NCBI RefSeq assembly: GCF_000012905.2
Contig: NC_007493.2
Coordinates: 2,430,001 to 2,462,000, forward strand
Length of the DNA stretch: 32,000 bases
Direction of reading: 5' to 3'
DNA from: Cereibacter sphaeroides 2.4.1
Lineage (GTDB): Bacteria; Pseudomonadota; Alphaproteobacteria; Rhodobacterales; Rhodobacteraceae
Below, piece after piece: positions 7,863 through 18,576 of the stretch; within the stretch, counting starts at the first letter, position 1, and each line of letters starts with the position of its first letter. The notes under the pieces are model-generated. The model made no database searches. It was not told the DNA's origin and was given only the letters and a program-made list of their open reading frames with translations. Position numbers and translations under genes: made by a program.

Positions 7863-8588
7863 TTACCGGCTATCGTCGGGAGTGAAGGTCGAGAAGTCGA
7901 CCATCGTGCCCAGCACCTGCAGGTAGGAGATGAGGGCGTCCATCTCCGTCAGCTCGGCCTGCCCGTCGAAGTTCCGCACGGCGGCCTTGCCGTAGCGCTC
8001 GAGCAGCCCGTCCGTATCGGCGTCCGGGTTGGCCTGCGCTTTGAAGTCGGCGACGGCATTCTCGAGCATCTCGTCGCTGTAGGGCACGCCCACGATCCGG
8101 TGCACCGACATCAGGTCGCGGATGTAGCGGCCGTCGATCACGGTGTGCGAGAGGAACCCGTATTTGGGCATGATCGATTCCGGCACCACCGACTGCGGGT
8201 TGGTCAGGTGATCGACGTGCCACTCGTCCGAATAGCGCTCGCCGACGCGGGCGAGGTCGGGCCCCGTCCGCTTCGAGCCCCACTGGAACGGGTGGTCGTA
8301 CATCGATTCCGCCGCGAGGCTGTAGTGGCCGTAACGCTCGGTCTCGTCGCGCATCGGGCGGATCATCTGGCTGTGACAGACGTAGCAGCCCTCGCGGATG
8401 TAGATGTCGCGCCCGGCGAGCTCGAGCGGGGTGTAGGGGCGAACCCCCTCCACCTTCTCGATCGTGTTCTCGAGGTAGAACAGCGGCACGATCTGCACCA
8501 GGCCGCCGATGGTGACCACGAAGAAGCTGAAGATCAGCAGCAGCGTGGCGTTGGTCTCGAGGATCTTGTGTTTGGCAAGGATACCCAT
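7863..8588 (-). CDS. ccoO: cbb3-type cytochrome c oxidase subunit II (monohaem cytochrome c)
   Basis: 241 aa with an N-terminal TM segment, [11 protein letters not shown], and FixO-family sequence throughout. Confidence 0.96.
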   Translation of the reverse strand: MGILAKHKILETNATLLLIFSFFVVTIGGLVQIVPLFYLENTIEKVEGVRPYTPLELAGRDIYIREGCYVCHSQMIRPMRDETERYGHYSLAAESMYDHPFQWGSKRTGPDLARVGERYSDEWHVDHLTNPQSVVPESIMPKYGFLSHTVIDGRYIRDLMSVHRIVGVPYSDEMLENAVADFKAQANPDADTDGLLERYGKAAVRNFDGQAELTEMDALISYLQVLGTMVDFSTFTPDDSR

Positions 8589-8604
8589 GGCTGTCCCCTT
8601 ATCT

Positions 8605-10212
8605 TCACTCAGCGGGAACGGCCGCGGCGCGCACCACCCGCGAGGGGGCGCTGGTCACGGTTTTCCACAGGTTGTAGCACATGATGAGCGCACCGGTGAG
8701 GTAGAGCACCCCGCCGAGACCCCGCACCACGTTCATCGGGAACTTGGCAGCCACCGTGTCGGCGAAGGCGTTCACGAGGAAGCCGTTCGCATCCACTTCC
8801 CGCCACATCAGGCCTTCCATGATGCCCGAGACCCACATCGACGAGGCGTAGAGCACGATGCCGATGGTGGCGAGCCAGAAGTGCCAGGAGACGAGGCTGA
8901 GGCTGTAGAGCCGTTCCTTGTTCCACAGTTTCGGCGTGAGGAAGTAGAGCGCGCCGAAGGTGATCATGCCGTTCCAGCCGAGCGCGCCGGAATGGACGTG
9001 ACCGATGGTCCAGTCGGTGTAATGGCTGAGCGAGTTCACGGCCTTGATCGACATCATCGGGCCCTCGAAGGTCGACATGCCGTAGAAGCCGATCGAGACG
9101 ACCATCATGCGGATGATCGGATCGGTGCGCAGCTTGTCCCAGGCGCCCGAGAGCGTCATCAGGCCGTTGATCATCCCGCCCCAGGACGGCATCCAGAGCA
9201 TGATCGAGAACACCATGCCGAGGGTCGAGGTCCAGGTCGGCAGCGCCGTGTAGTGCAGGTGGTGCGGACCGGCCCAGATATAGAGGAAGATCAGCGCCCA
9301 GAAGTGCACGATCGACAGTTTGTAGCTGTAGACGGGACGCTCGGCCTGCTTCGGCACGAAGTAATACATCATGCCGAGGAAGCCCGCGGTCAGGAAGAAG
9401 CCCACCGCGTTGTGGCCGTACCACCACTGCACCATGGCGTCCTGCACGCCCGAGAAGACCTGCACGGACTTCGAGCCGAAGAACGAGACCGGGATCGAGA
9501 GGTTGTTGAAGATGTGGAGCATCGCCACGGTGACGATAAAGGCAAGGTAGAACCAGTTGGCCACATAGATGTGGGGTTCCTTGCGCTTGATGATCGTGCC
9601 GAGGAAGGCCGCGAGATAGCAGACCCAGACGATGGTCAGCCACAGGTCGAGATACCATTCCGGCTCGGCATATTCCTTCGACTGGGTGGCGCCGAGCAGA
9701 TAGCTCTGGGCCACGAGCACGATGAACAGGTTGTAGCCCCAGAAGACGAACCAGCCGAGGTTGCCGCCCCAGAGGCGCGCGGCCGAGGTGCGCTGCACGA
9801 CATAGAAGCTCGTCGCGATCAGGGCGTTGCCGCCGAAGGCGAAGATCACCGCGGAGGTGTGCAGCGGACGCAGCCGTCCGAAGTTCAGATAGCCGTGCGC
9901 CCATTCGAAGTTGAGCTGGGGAAAGGCCAGCTGGAAGGCGATGATGACGGCCACCAGAAAGCCCACCACGCCCCAGAAGGCCGTCGCCACCACACCGTAG
10001 CGGATGACCCCGTCCATATATTCCGTCTGAAGCGCCGGCTTCGGACGGACCTCGTCCCCGACCCGGCGCACCTGCCACAGGAACAGGCCGCCGGCCACCA
10101 GCATGACCGATACGGCGTTCACCATGTATGCGAGGTCGCGCGCGTAGTTGGCTGCGATCGCGGCACACAGCGCGATCACGCCGAGCGCGACCAACTTAAC
10201 GTAATCCCACAT
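8605..10212 (-). CDS. ccoN: cbb3-type cytochrome c oxidase subunit I
   Basis: Polytopic haem-copper oxidase subunit I with conserved [10 protein letters not shown] and multiple His ligands. The track ORF extends to 10308. The ATG at 10210..10212 (MWDYVKLV...) has GAAGGGA upstream and gives a typical 535-aa CcoN. Confidence 0.95.
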   Translation of the reverse strand: MWDYVKLVALGVIALCAAIAANYARDLAYMVNAVSVMLVAGGLFLWQVRRVGDEVRPKPALQTEYMDGVIRYGVVATAFWGVVGFLVAVIIAFQLAFPQLNFEWAHGYLNFGRLRPLHTSAVIFAFGGNALIATSFYVVQRTSAARLWGGNLGWFVFWGYNLFIVLVAQSYLLGATQSKEYAEPEWYLDLWLTIVWVCYLAAFLGTIIKRKEPHIYVANWFYLAFIVTVAMLHIFNNLSIPVSFFGSKSVQVFSGVQDAMVQWWYGHNAVGFFLTAGFLGMMYYFVPKQAERPVYSYKLSIVHFWALIFLYIWAGPHHLHYTALPTWTSTLGMVFSIMLWMPSWGGMINGLMTLSGAWDKLRTDPIIRMMVVSIGFYGMSTFEGPMMSIKAVNSLSHYTDWTIGHVHSGALGWNGMITFGALYFLTPKLWNKERLYSLSLVSWHFWLATIGIVLYASSMWVSGIMEGLMWREVDANGFLVNAFADTVAAKFPMNVVRGLGGVLYLTGALIMCYNLWKTVTSAPSRVVRAAAVPAE

Positions 10213-10299
10213 CTTGCGTCCCTTCGTCTTCGCTAGGCCGACTCCCCCGGCCGATGCTAATCGACAGGCCGTGTGTGGCGGCATGTCGCGGAATCTGCC

Positions 10300-10313
10300 T
10301 TGATCCATGTCAA
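10300..10313. promoter_or_regulatory. FNR box 1 (TTGAT-CCAT-GTCAA), proximal to ccoN
   Basis: One deviation from TTGAT-N4-ATCAA. Its centre is 94.5 nt upstream of the preferred ccoN ATG. Confidence 0.75.
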
Positions 10314-10331
10314 TGGTTTCGGTCCTGATAC

Positions 10332-10345
10332 TTGATCCTCATCAA
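10332..10345. promoter_or_regulatory. FNR box 2 (TTGAT-CCTC-ATCAA), proximal to usp
   Basis: Perfect consensus. Its centre is 69.5 nt upstream of the usp ATG (10408) and 32 bp from the centre of box 1. Confidence 0.8.
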
Positions 10346-10407
10346 GGAACAAAGCCCCATTCGATCACACATTCGGGGTCCATATCCCATCGGCTGGAGG
10401 TTGTGAG

Positions 10408-11256
10408 ATGGCCTATAAATCCTTGCTGACGGTGGCCACTTCGCCCGAGCGAGTCGAGCCGGCGATCACCGTTGCATCGCGCCTCGCCCTGAGCAGCGAT
10501 GCGCATCTCGACGTGCTGGCGCTTGGCATCGATGGCACCCAGGTGGCCTACTACAACATGGGCGGCACGGCGGTCGTGCTGCAGATGGCGCTGGAACGCG
10601 CCGAACAGGAAGCGCAGGCGGTCGAGAAGGCGGCGGCGGCGGCGCTGTCGGCCCAGCCCGCGATGCTGCGCGCGTCGGTCGAGTCGGCCGTGGCGCAGAT
10701 GGGCGGGCTCGCGGGGCTGGTGGCGCTGCGCTCGCGCTTTGCCGATCTCGTCGTGCTGTCCCGCCCCTACGGCAAGGGCCGGGGCGCGGAAACCGAAGCC
10801 GTGGTCGAGGCCGCGCTCTTCGAGGGTCAGGCGCCGGTTCTGGTGGTGCCCGACGATCCGGCCCTGAGCGAGCGGTTCGGCCACCGGATCGTCATCGCCT
10901 GGGACCAGAGCCGCGAGGCGCTGACGGCGGTGCGCAAGGCCATGCCGTTCCTTCTGCGCGCCGACAATGTGGACATCGTGATCGTCGATCCCGCGGCCCA
11001 TGGCGCCGAACGGTCGGATCCGGGCGGCGCGCTCTGCCAGATGCTCGTGCGCCACGGGGTCCGGGCCGAGGTTTCGGTGCTGGCCAAGACGATGCCGCGC
11101 ATTTCCGACGTGATCGCGCGCCATGTGCGCGATCAGGATGCCGATCTTCTGGTGATGGGTGCCTACGGCCATTCCCGCTTCCGCGAGGCGATCCTCGGCG
11201 GGGCCACGCGGGACATGCTCGAACTGGCGGAAGTACCCGTCCTGATGGCGCACTGA
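10408..11256 (+). CDS. Universal stress protein, tandem UspA domains
   Basis: 282 aa with two Usp-like halves. The C-terminal signature is DLLVMGAYGHSRFREAILGGATRDMLELAEVPVLMAH. GGAGG lies 8 nt upstream of the ATG. Confidence 0.88.
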   Translation: MAYKSLLTVATSPERVEPAITVASRLALSSDAHLDVLALGIDGTQVAYYNMGGTAVVLQMALERAEQEAQAVEKAAAAALSAQPAMLRASVESAVAQMGGLAGLVALRSRFADLVVLSRPYGKGRGAETEAVVEAALFEGQAPVLVVPDDPALSERFGHRIVIAWDQSREALTAVRKAMPFLLRADNVDIVIVDPAAHGAERSDPGGALCQMLVRHGVRAEVSVLAKTMPRISDVIARHVRDQDADLLVMGAYGHSRFREAILGGATRDMLELAEVPVLMAH

Positions 11257-11276
11257 CGGAAGAAGGGGCTGCCTCT

Positions 11277-11304
11277 GCCCGCCTCGCAAGGGGCGGGCCT
11301 TTTC
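11277..11304 (+). terminator. Intrinsic terminator after usp
   Basis: Stem GCCCGCC / GGCGGGC with loop TCGCAAGG, followed by CTTTTC. It starts 21 nt after the stop codon. Confidence 0.6.
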
Positions 11305-11335
11305 AAGCCGGCCGGGGCGGGACCGGCGGGTCGCC

Positions 11336-12082
11336 TCAGACCGGCAGACCGCCGTCGCTGTCGTCGCCGGCCTCTTCGAGCAGACGGGCGAAGTCTGTCA
11401 CGATCACATGCCGCTTGCCTTCGAGCGCGATCACCCCGTCCCGCTTCAGCGCCGAGACCTGACGGCTCACGGTCTCGAGCGTCAGGCCGAGGTAATCCGC
11501 CATCTCCTCGCGCGTGAGCGGCAGGTCGAAGGTCATGGGTCCGTTCGACTCGCGCAGCTTCAGCGCCGCGTCGCGCCGGGCGATGATCGCAAGCAGGCTC
11601 GCGATCTTCTCGCGCGCCGTCTTGCGTCCCAGGAGCAGCATCCATTCGCGCGCGGCATCGAGCTCGTCGAGCGTCATCTCCAGCAGGCGCTGCCCCACAT
11701 GGGGCGTCTTCTGCATCATTTCCTCGAAGGGCTTGCGCCGGAAGCAGCACATCAGCAGGTCGGTCGTGGCGGTCACGTCATAGGCCACGGTCTGCCGGCC
11801 GGGACGGCCCACGAAATCCGAAGGCAGCAGAAGGCCCACCATCTGCCGGCGGCCGTCCTCCATCGTCTGGGTCAGCGTCGCGATGCCGGTGACGACCGAC
11901 GCCACGAAATCCATCTTGTCGCCCGACCAGATCACGGTCTGACCGGCCTGATAGCTGCGGTAATACTTGATCTGCTCGAGCGTCGCGAGTTCTTCGGAGT
12001 CACAGCGTGCGCAGACGGCACGATGACGGATCGGGCAGTCGCCGCAGCGGTGAAGGATGGTTGGGACTTCGTGCAGCGTCAT
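11336..12082 (-). CDS. fnrL: Crp/Fnr-family anaerobic regulator FnrL
   Basis: 248 aa. N-terminal Cys cluster (CGDCPIRHRAVCARC) plus a central Cys, a cNMP-binding fold, and an HTH with the FNR recognition motif ETVSRQVSALKRDGVI. Confidence 0.93.
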   Translation of the reverse strand: MTLHEVPTILHRCGDCPIRHRAVCARCDSEELATLEQIKYYRSYQAGQTVIWSGDKMDFVASVVTGIATLTQTMEDGRRQMVGLLLPSDFVGRPGRQTVAYDVTATTDLLMCCFRRKPFEEMMQKTPHVGQRLLEMTLDELDAAREWMLLLGRKTAREKIASLLAIIARRDAALKLRESNGPMTFDLPLTREEMADYLGLTLETVSRQVSALKRDGVIALEGKRHVIVTDFARLLEEAGDDSDGGLPV

Positions 12083-12096
12083 GCCGTTTTCCCCGC

Positions 12097-12110
12097 TTGA
12101 TCTGAATCAA
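12097..12110. promoter_or_regulatory. FNR box (TTGAT-CTGA-ATCAA) in the fnrL/hemN spacer
   Basis: Perfect consensus. Its centre is at 12103.5, inside a divergent intergenic region of only 62 bp. Confidence 0.85.
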
Positions 12111-12144
12111 AGCAATAGACGACTTTCACGCCTAGCGAAAGCCG

Positions 12145-13497
12145 ATGGCGGCCGTTTCTCATCTTGCAAAACTCGGGCTATTTGACGCGCGGGTTCCACG
12201 CTACACGAGCTACCCGACGGCGCCGAACTTCGGTGTCGGGGTAACCGAGAACCTCCATGCGGACTGGATCTCGTCCATTCCTGCGGGAGGTTCAATATCA
12301 TTATACCTCCATGTCCCTTTCTGTCGCAGGCTCTGCTGGTTCTGCGCCTGCCGCACTCAGGGGACGAGTTCGGACGCCCCCGTGCGCGCTTATGCCGCAG
12401 CCCTCAAATCCGAGCTCGCGCTCCTGCGGGCGCGGCTCGCTCCGGGCGTGCGACTGGCGCGGATGCACTGGGGCGGGGGCACGCCCACGCTCCTGCCGCC
12501 CACGCTGATCCATGAGCTGGCTCTGGCGATCCGCGATGCGGTGCCGTCCGATGCCGAGACGGACTTCTCGGTCGAAATCGATCCGACCGAGATCGATGCC
12601 GCGCGCCTCGATGCCCTGTTCGAGGCCGGCATGACCCGCGTCTCGATCGGGGTGCAGGACTTCGACCCCCTGATCCAGCAGTCCATCGGCCGGGAGCAGA
12701 GCTTCGAGCTCACCCAGCGCCTGACCGAGGATCTGCGTCACCGCGGGCTGATGGGCCTCGATGCCGACATTCTCTACGGGCTGCCGCACCAGACGGCGCC
12801 CGGCGTCGCGGATTCGGTCCAGAAGCTCCTGTCGCTCTCGCCCGATAGGGTGGCGGTGCTGGGCTATGCCCATGTGCCGGCCGTCTCGCGGCGTCAGCTC
12901 ATGATCCCCACGGCCTCGATCCCCGGTCCGGAGGAGCGGCTCGATCTCTTCGAGACCGCGCGAACCCTCATCCTCTGGGACGGCTACCAGCAGGTCGGTC
13001 TCGACCATTTCGCCCGCGCGGGCGATCCGCTTGCCCATGCCCATGCCTGCGGCCGGCTGTGCCGCTCGTTCCAGGGCTACACGGACGACCGGGCCGAGGT
13101 GCTGATCGGCCTCGGCGCCTCGGCCATCTCGCGCTTTCCGCAAGGCTTCACCCAGAATGCGCCCAGCACGTCCGACCATCTGCGGGCGATCCGGTCGGGC
13201 CGGTTCTCCACGGCCCGCGGCCATGTGCTGAGCGACGAGGACCGGCTGCGCGGGCGGATGATCGAGCAGCTCCTCTGTGAATTCCGCATCAGCCGCGCCC
13301 AGATCCTTGCCCGCTTCGCCGTCGCGCCCGAGCGGCTCGAGACGCTGTTCCGCACCTGCGCCGCGGCCTTCCCGGGGGTGGTGGAGATCACGGGCCACGG
13401 GCTCGAGATCCTCGAGGAGGGCCGCCCCCTCGCCCGCATCGTCGCCCGCAGTTTCGACCGTTACGATGCCAGCGGCAAGCCGCAGGGCGCGATCTGA
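12145..13497 (+). CDS. hemN: Oxygen-independent coproporphyrinogen III oxidase (radical SAM; hemZ in R. sphaeroides naming)
   Basis: 450 aa with PRYTSYPTA near the N-terminus, the radical-SAM motif HVPFCRRLCWFCAC, and GGGTPT. An in-frame TAG at 12133 fixes ATG 12145 as the first possible start. Confidence 0.93.
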   Translation: MAAVSHLAKLGLFDARVPRYTSYPTAPNFGVGVTENLHADWISSIPAGGSISLYLHVPFCRRLCWFCACRTQGTSSDAPVRAYAAALKSELALLRARLAPGVRLARMHWGGGTPTLLPPTLIHELALAIRDAVPSDAETDFSVEIDPTEIDAARLDALFEAGMTRVSIGVQDFDPLIQQSIGREQSFELTQRLTEDLRHRGLMGLDADILYGLPHQTAPGVADSVQKLLSLSPDRVAVLGYAHVPAVSRRQLMIPTASIPGPEERLDLFETARTLILWDGYQQVGLDHFARAGDPLAHAHACGRLCRSFQGYTDDRAEVLIGLGASAISRFPQGFTQNAPSTSDHLRAIRSGRFSTARGHVLSDEDRLRGRMIEQLLCEFRISRAQILARFAVAPERLETLFRTCAAAFPGVVEITGHGLEILEEGRPLARIVARSFDRYDASGKPQGAI

Positions 13498-13507
13498 GGC
13501 ACCCGCC

Positions 13508-14731
13508 TCAGCGCGGACCGTGACGCTCCACCCAGTCGACCAGCCGCGGCAGGCAGATGCGGCGCAGATCGTAGCGGTCCCGGATCGTCGCGCGCGCGGC
13601 CGCACGCAAGGGCATCATCCGCTCGGGCTCGGCCAGCGCCCGGATCAGCGTGCGTGACCAGCCCGGCCCGTCGAAGAAATCCACCAGAAGCCCGTTCCGC
13701 CCGTCCTCGATCAGCTCCTCGACCGGCGCCGTGCGCGAGCCCACCACGAGCGCGCCCGCCGACATGGCCTCGAGCAGCGACCAGGACAGGACGAACGGAT
13801 AGGTGAGATAGGCATGGGCCTGGCTCACCTGCATCAGCGCCTTGAACCGGTCGTAAGGCACGCGGCCCACGAAATGCACCCGCGACAGGTCGAGGCGGGG
13901 GCCCAGCTCTTCCACGAAATGCTGCTTCCAGCTTCCCTCCGAGGGGGCGGGGCCGTAGCTCACGCCGTCGCCGCCCACCAGCACCACCTGCGCCTCGGGC
14001 CGCGCGGCCAGAACCTCGGGCAGCGCCCGCAGGAAGATGTGATAGCCGCGGTAGGGCTCGAGATTGCGGTTGACGAAGGTCAGCACCTCGTCGCCTGCCC
14101 GCAGCACCCGCCCGTCCGGCAGCTCGAACCGGGCCGAGGCATCGGGCGCCACGGCATCGGTATCGACGCCGTCGTGGATCACCTCGATCATCCGGCGCAG
14201 CGGGGGCGGATAGGTCGAGGCCTGCCATTCGGTGGGCGAGAGGCCCGCATCGGCATGAAGCAGCGCCTGCCCCAGATGGGCCGCCCGGCCTTGCGCGATC
14301 ATCACCCCGTCGAAGCCGCGCCGGTCGAATTCGGGATCGAAGCCTACGTCCTGGCCCACGCCGCGATAGTAGAACTCGGCATAGATCAGCAGCTTCGCCT
14401 CGGGCCAGACCTCCTTCAGGAACAGGGTCTCGCCCCAGCCCGAATGGCCCACGATCACGTCGGGACGGTAGCCGCGCTGATCGCGGAGCTGCAGCGCCGC
14501 CCGCGCCACGCTCACGCCCCGGTCGCTCATCTGGGTGAAGTTCCGCCCGAGGCGTGTCGCCTGCGGGTCGGGCGCGGGCGCCTCGTGCCGGTAGCGCAGC
14601 ACCGGGATCGGCGCCTCGCGCCGGTTCTCGCCATCGGTGAGGGCGAGGCACTCATGGCCCCTGCCCTGCAGTTCGGGCGCGAGATGCAGGAACTGGCCGG
14701 GGAAGTTCTGATGGACGAACAGGATCTTCAT
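13508..14731 (-). CDS. GT-B fold glycosyltransferase (family 4 / group 1-like)
   Basis: N-terminus MKILFVHQNFPGQFLHLAPELQGRGHE. C-terminal Glycos_transf_1-like region with an E-x7-E-type motif (PVEELIEDGRNGLLVD). The ATG at 14729..14731 is chosen over the track start at 14932, which would overlap yejF. It lies 5 nt after the yejF stop and has no clear SD. Confidence 0.8.
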   Translation of the reverse strand: MKILFVHQNFPGQFLHLAPELQGRGHECLALTDGENRREAPIPVLRYRHEAPAPDPQATRLGRNFTQMSDRGVSVARAALQLRDQRGYRPDVIVGHSGWGETLFLKEVWPEAKLLIYAEFYYRGVGQDVGFDPEFDRRGFDGVMIAQGRAAHLGQALLHADAGLSPTEWQASTYPPPLRRMIEVIHDGVDTDAVAPDASARFELPDGRVLRAGDEVLTFVNRNLEPYRGYHIFLRALPEVLAARPEAQVVLVGGDGVSYGPAPSEGSWKQHFVEELGPRLDLSRVHFVGRVPYDRFKALMQVSQAHAYLTYPFVLSWSLLEAMSAGALVVGSRTAPVEELIEDGRNGLLVDFFDGPGWSRTLIRALAEPERMMPLRAAARATIRDRYDLRRICLPRLVDWVERHGPR

Positions 14732-14736
14732 GGGCG

Positions 14737-16364
<1,628 letters not shown>

Positions 16365-16368
<4 letters not shown>

Positions 16369-17471
16369 CGGAAGGTCTTTCTCGGGTCGAAGGCGTCGCG
16401 GACGCCCTCGAAGATGAACACCATGAGCGAGAGCATGATGGCGAAGGCGAAGAAGGCGGTGAAGCCCAGCCACGGCGCCTGAAGGTTCTGCTTGGCCTGC
16501 AGCGTGAGCTCGCCCAGCGAGGGCGCCGAGGAGGGCAGACCGAAGCCGAGGAAGTCGAGCGCCGCGAGGCTGCCGATGGTGCCGGTGATGATGAAGGGCA
16601 GCATGGTCAGCGTGGCCACCATGGCGTTGGGCAGCACATGGCGGAACATGATGACGAGATCCGACACCCCGAGCGCCCGGGCCGCGCGGACATATTCGAA
16701 GTTCCGCGCCCGCAGGAACTCGGCCCGGACCACGCCGATCAGGCTCGTCCAGCCGAAGAGCACCATGAGGCCCACGAGAAGCCAGAAGTTCATCTGCCAG
16801 ATCGCGGCCACGATGATGATGATATAGAGCGAGGGGGTCGAGCCCCAGAGCTCGATCACCCGCTGGAAGATCAGGTCGGTAAGCCCGCCGAAATAGCCCT
16901 GCACCGCGCCCGCCGCGATGCCGATGGCGGAGGTGAGGAAGGTCACGATCAGCGCGAAGGCCACCGACAGGCGGAAGCCGTAGATCACCCGCGCCAGCAC
17001 GTCGCGCGCCGTGTCGTCGGTGCCGAGCCAGTGGTCGGCATCGGGCGGCGAGGGCGCCGCGCGACCGATGTCGTTGATCGTGTCGTAGCTGTAGGGAATG
17101 AGCGGCCAGAGGATCCAGCCCTTCTCGATGGGCTCGCCTGCCACCGTGCCGGTCTCGGCCTCGGCAAGGATCGCCTCGGGATCGTCGAAACAGGTGTCGA
17201 GCCCGCCCGAGCGGATCAGGCAGCGCACCTCGGGGTCGCGATAGGCGGCCTCGGTCTGGAAATCGCCGCCGAAGGTGGTCTCGGGATAGAAATGGGTGAT
17301 GGGCGTATAAAGGCTGCCGCGGTAGCTCACCAGCAGCGGCTTGTCGTTGGCGATGAGCTCGGCGAAGAGCGACAGGCCGAAGAGCACCGAGAAGATGAAG
17401 AGCGAGACATAGGCCCGCCGGTTCGCCTTGAAGTTCCGCCAGCGGCGCTGGTTGAGCGGGGACAGCGCCAT
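16365..17471 (-). CDS. yejE: ABC peptide transporter permease (YejE-type)
   Basis: BPD_transp_1-type polytopic permease. The ATG at 17469..17471 (MALSPLNQRRWRNF...) lies 1 nt after the yejB stop. Confidence 0.8.
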
Positions 17472-17472
17472 C

Positions 17473-18561
17473 TCAGCCCCGCGTCCCGAAGTCGATGCGC
17501 GGATCGATCCAGACATACATCAGGTCCGACAGGATCCCCATGAGCAGGCCGAGCAGGCCGAAGACGAAGAGCGTGCCGAAGATCACCGGATAATCCCGCG
17601 CCACCGCCGCCTCGAACCCGAGCCGGCCCAGCCCGTCGAGCGAGAAGATCGTCTCGATGATGAGGCTGCCGCCGAAGAAGACCGAGACGAAGACGGACGG
17701 GAAGCTCGCGATCACGATGAGCATCGCATTGCGGAAGACATGGCCGTAGAGCACCCGGCCCTCGGCCAGTCCCTTGGCCCGCGCGGTCATCACATATTGC
17801 TTGCGGATCTCCTCGAGGAAGGAGTTCTTCGTCAGCAGCGTGAGCGTGGCGAAGGCCGAGATCGTCGAGGCCACCACGGGCAGGGTGATGTGCCAGAAAT
17901 AGTCGGCCACCTTGCCCAGCGGGGACAGGCTGTCCCAGTTGTCAGATGTCAACCCGCGCAGGGGGAACCACTGCCAGTAGGATCCGCCCGCGAAGAGCAC
18001 GAGGAGCAGAATCGCGAAGAGGAAGCCCGGGATCGCATAGGCCACGATGATGGCGCCGCTCGTCCAGGTGTCGAAGCTCGATCCGTCGCGGACGGCCTTG
18101 CGGATGCCGAGCGGGATCGAGACCAGATAGGCGATCAGCGTGGACCAGAGCCCGAGCGAGATCGAGACCGGCATCTTCTCCTTGACCAGATCCACCACCG
18201 AGATCGAGCGGAAGTAGCTCTCGCCGAAGTCGAAGCGGACGTAGTTCCACATCATGTCGAGGAAACGCTCCAGCGGCGGCTTGTCGAAGCCGAACTGCTT
18301 CTCGAGCTGGGCGATGAATTCGGGCGGCAGCCCGCGCGAGCCGACGTAGCGTTCGGACGTCTGCGCCGAGGGTGCGCTCGCCGTGCCGGCATCGCCGCCG
18401 CCCGCAACGGTCTGGAACACGTCGCCCTGCCCGTCGAGCCGCGCCAGCACCTGCTCGATCGGGCCGCCCGGCACGAACTGCGTCAGGACGAAGTTGATGA
18501 CCATGATGCCGAACAGGGTCGGCACGATCAGAAGAAGTCGCCGGAGGATGTAGGCTCCCAT
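17473..18561 (-). CDS. yejB: ABC peptide transporter permease (YejB-type)
   Basis: 362 aa, DppB/OppB-like, with N-terminus [24 protein letters not shown]. Confidence 0.85.
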   Translation of the reverse strand: MGAYILRRLLLIVPTLFGIMVINFVLTQFVPGGPIEQVLARLDGQGDVFQTVAGGGDAGTASAPSAQTSERYVGSRGLPPEFIAQLEKQFGFDKPPLERFLDMMWNYVRFDFGESYFRSISVVDLVKEKMPVSISLGLWSTLIAYLVSIPLGIRKAVRDGSSFDTWTSGAIIVAYAIPGFLFAILLLVLFAGGSYWQWFPLRGLTSDNWDSLSPLGKVADYFWHITLPVVASTISAFATLTLLTKNSFLEEIRKQYVMTARAKGLAEGRVLYGHVFRNAMLIVIASFPSVFVSVFFGGSLIIETIFSLDGLGRLGFEAAVARDYPVIFGTLFVFGLLGLLMGILSDLMYVWIDPRIDFGTRG

Positions 18562-18576
18562 GGGGGGATGCAGCCC

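Noticed and set aside
10213-10308. A 32-codon upstream extension of ccoN. Similar extended track starts occur at 630 (TTG), 14932, 16473, 17516, 20770, 22743 and 31272.
   Set aside because: The extensions would overlap the FNR boxes or the preceding gene, use weak or non-ATG starts, or add non-homologous basic N-termini. Internal ATGs give family-typical N-termini, RBSs or stop-start coupling.
12099-12108. A GANTC (CcrM) site GAATC and a GATC inside the fnrL/hemN FNR box, and another GAATC at 10291..10295 next to ccoN box 1. These could mean methylation-sensitive FnrL binding.
   Set aside because: GAATC arises automatically whenever the spacer of TTGAT-N4-ATCAA ends in G-A. The other boxes lack it, and short 5-mers like this are expected by chance. 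There is no support beyond coincidence.
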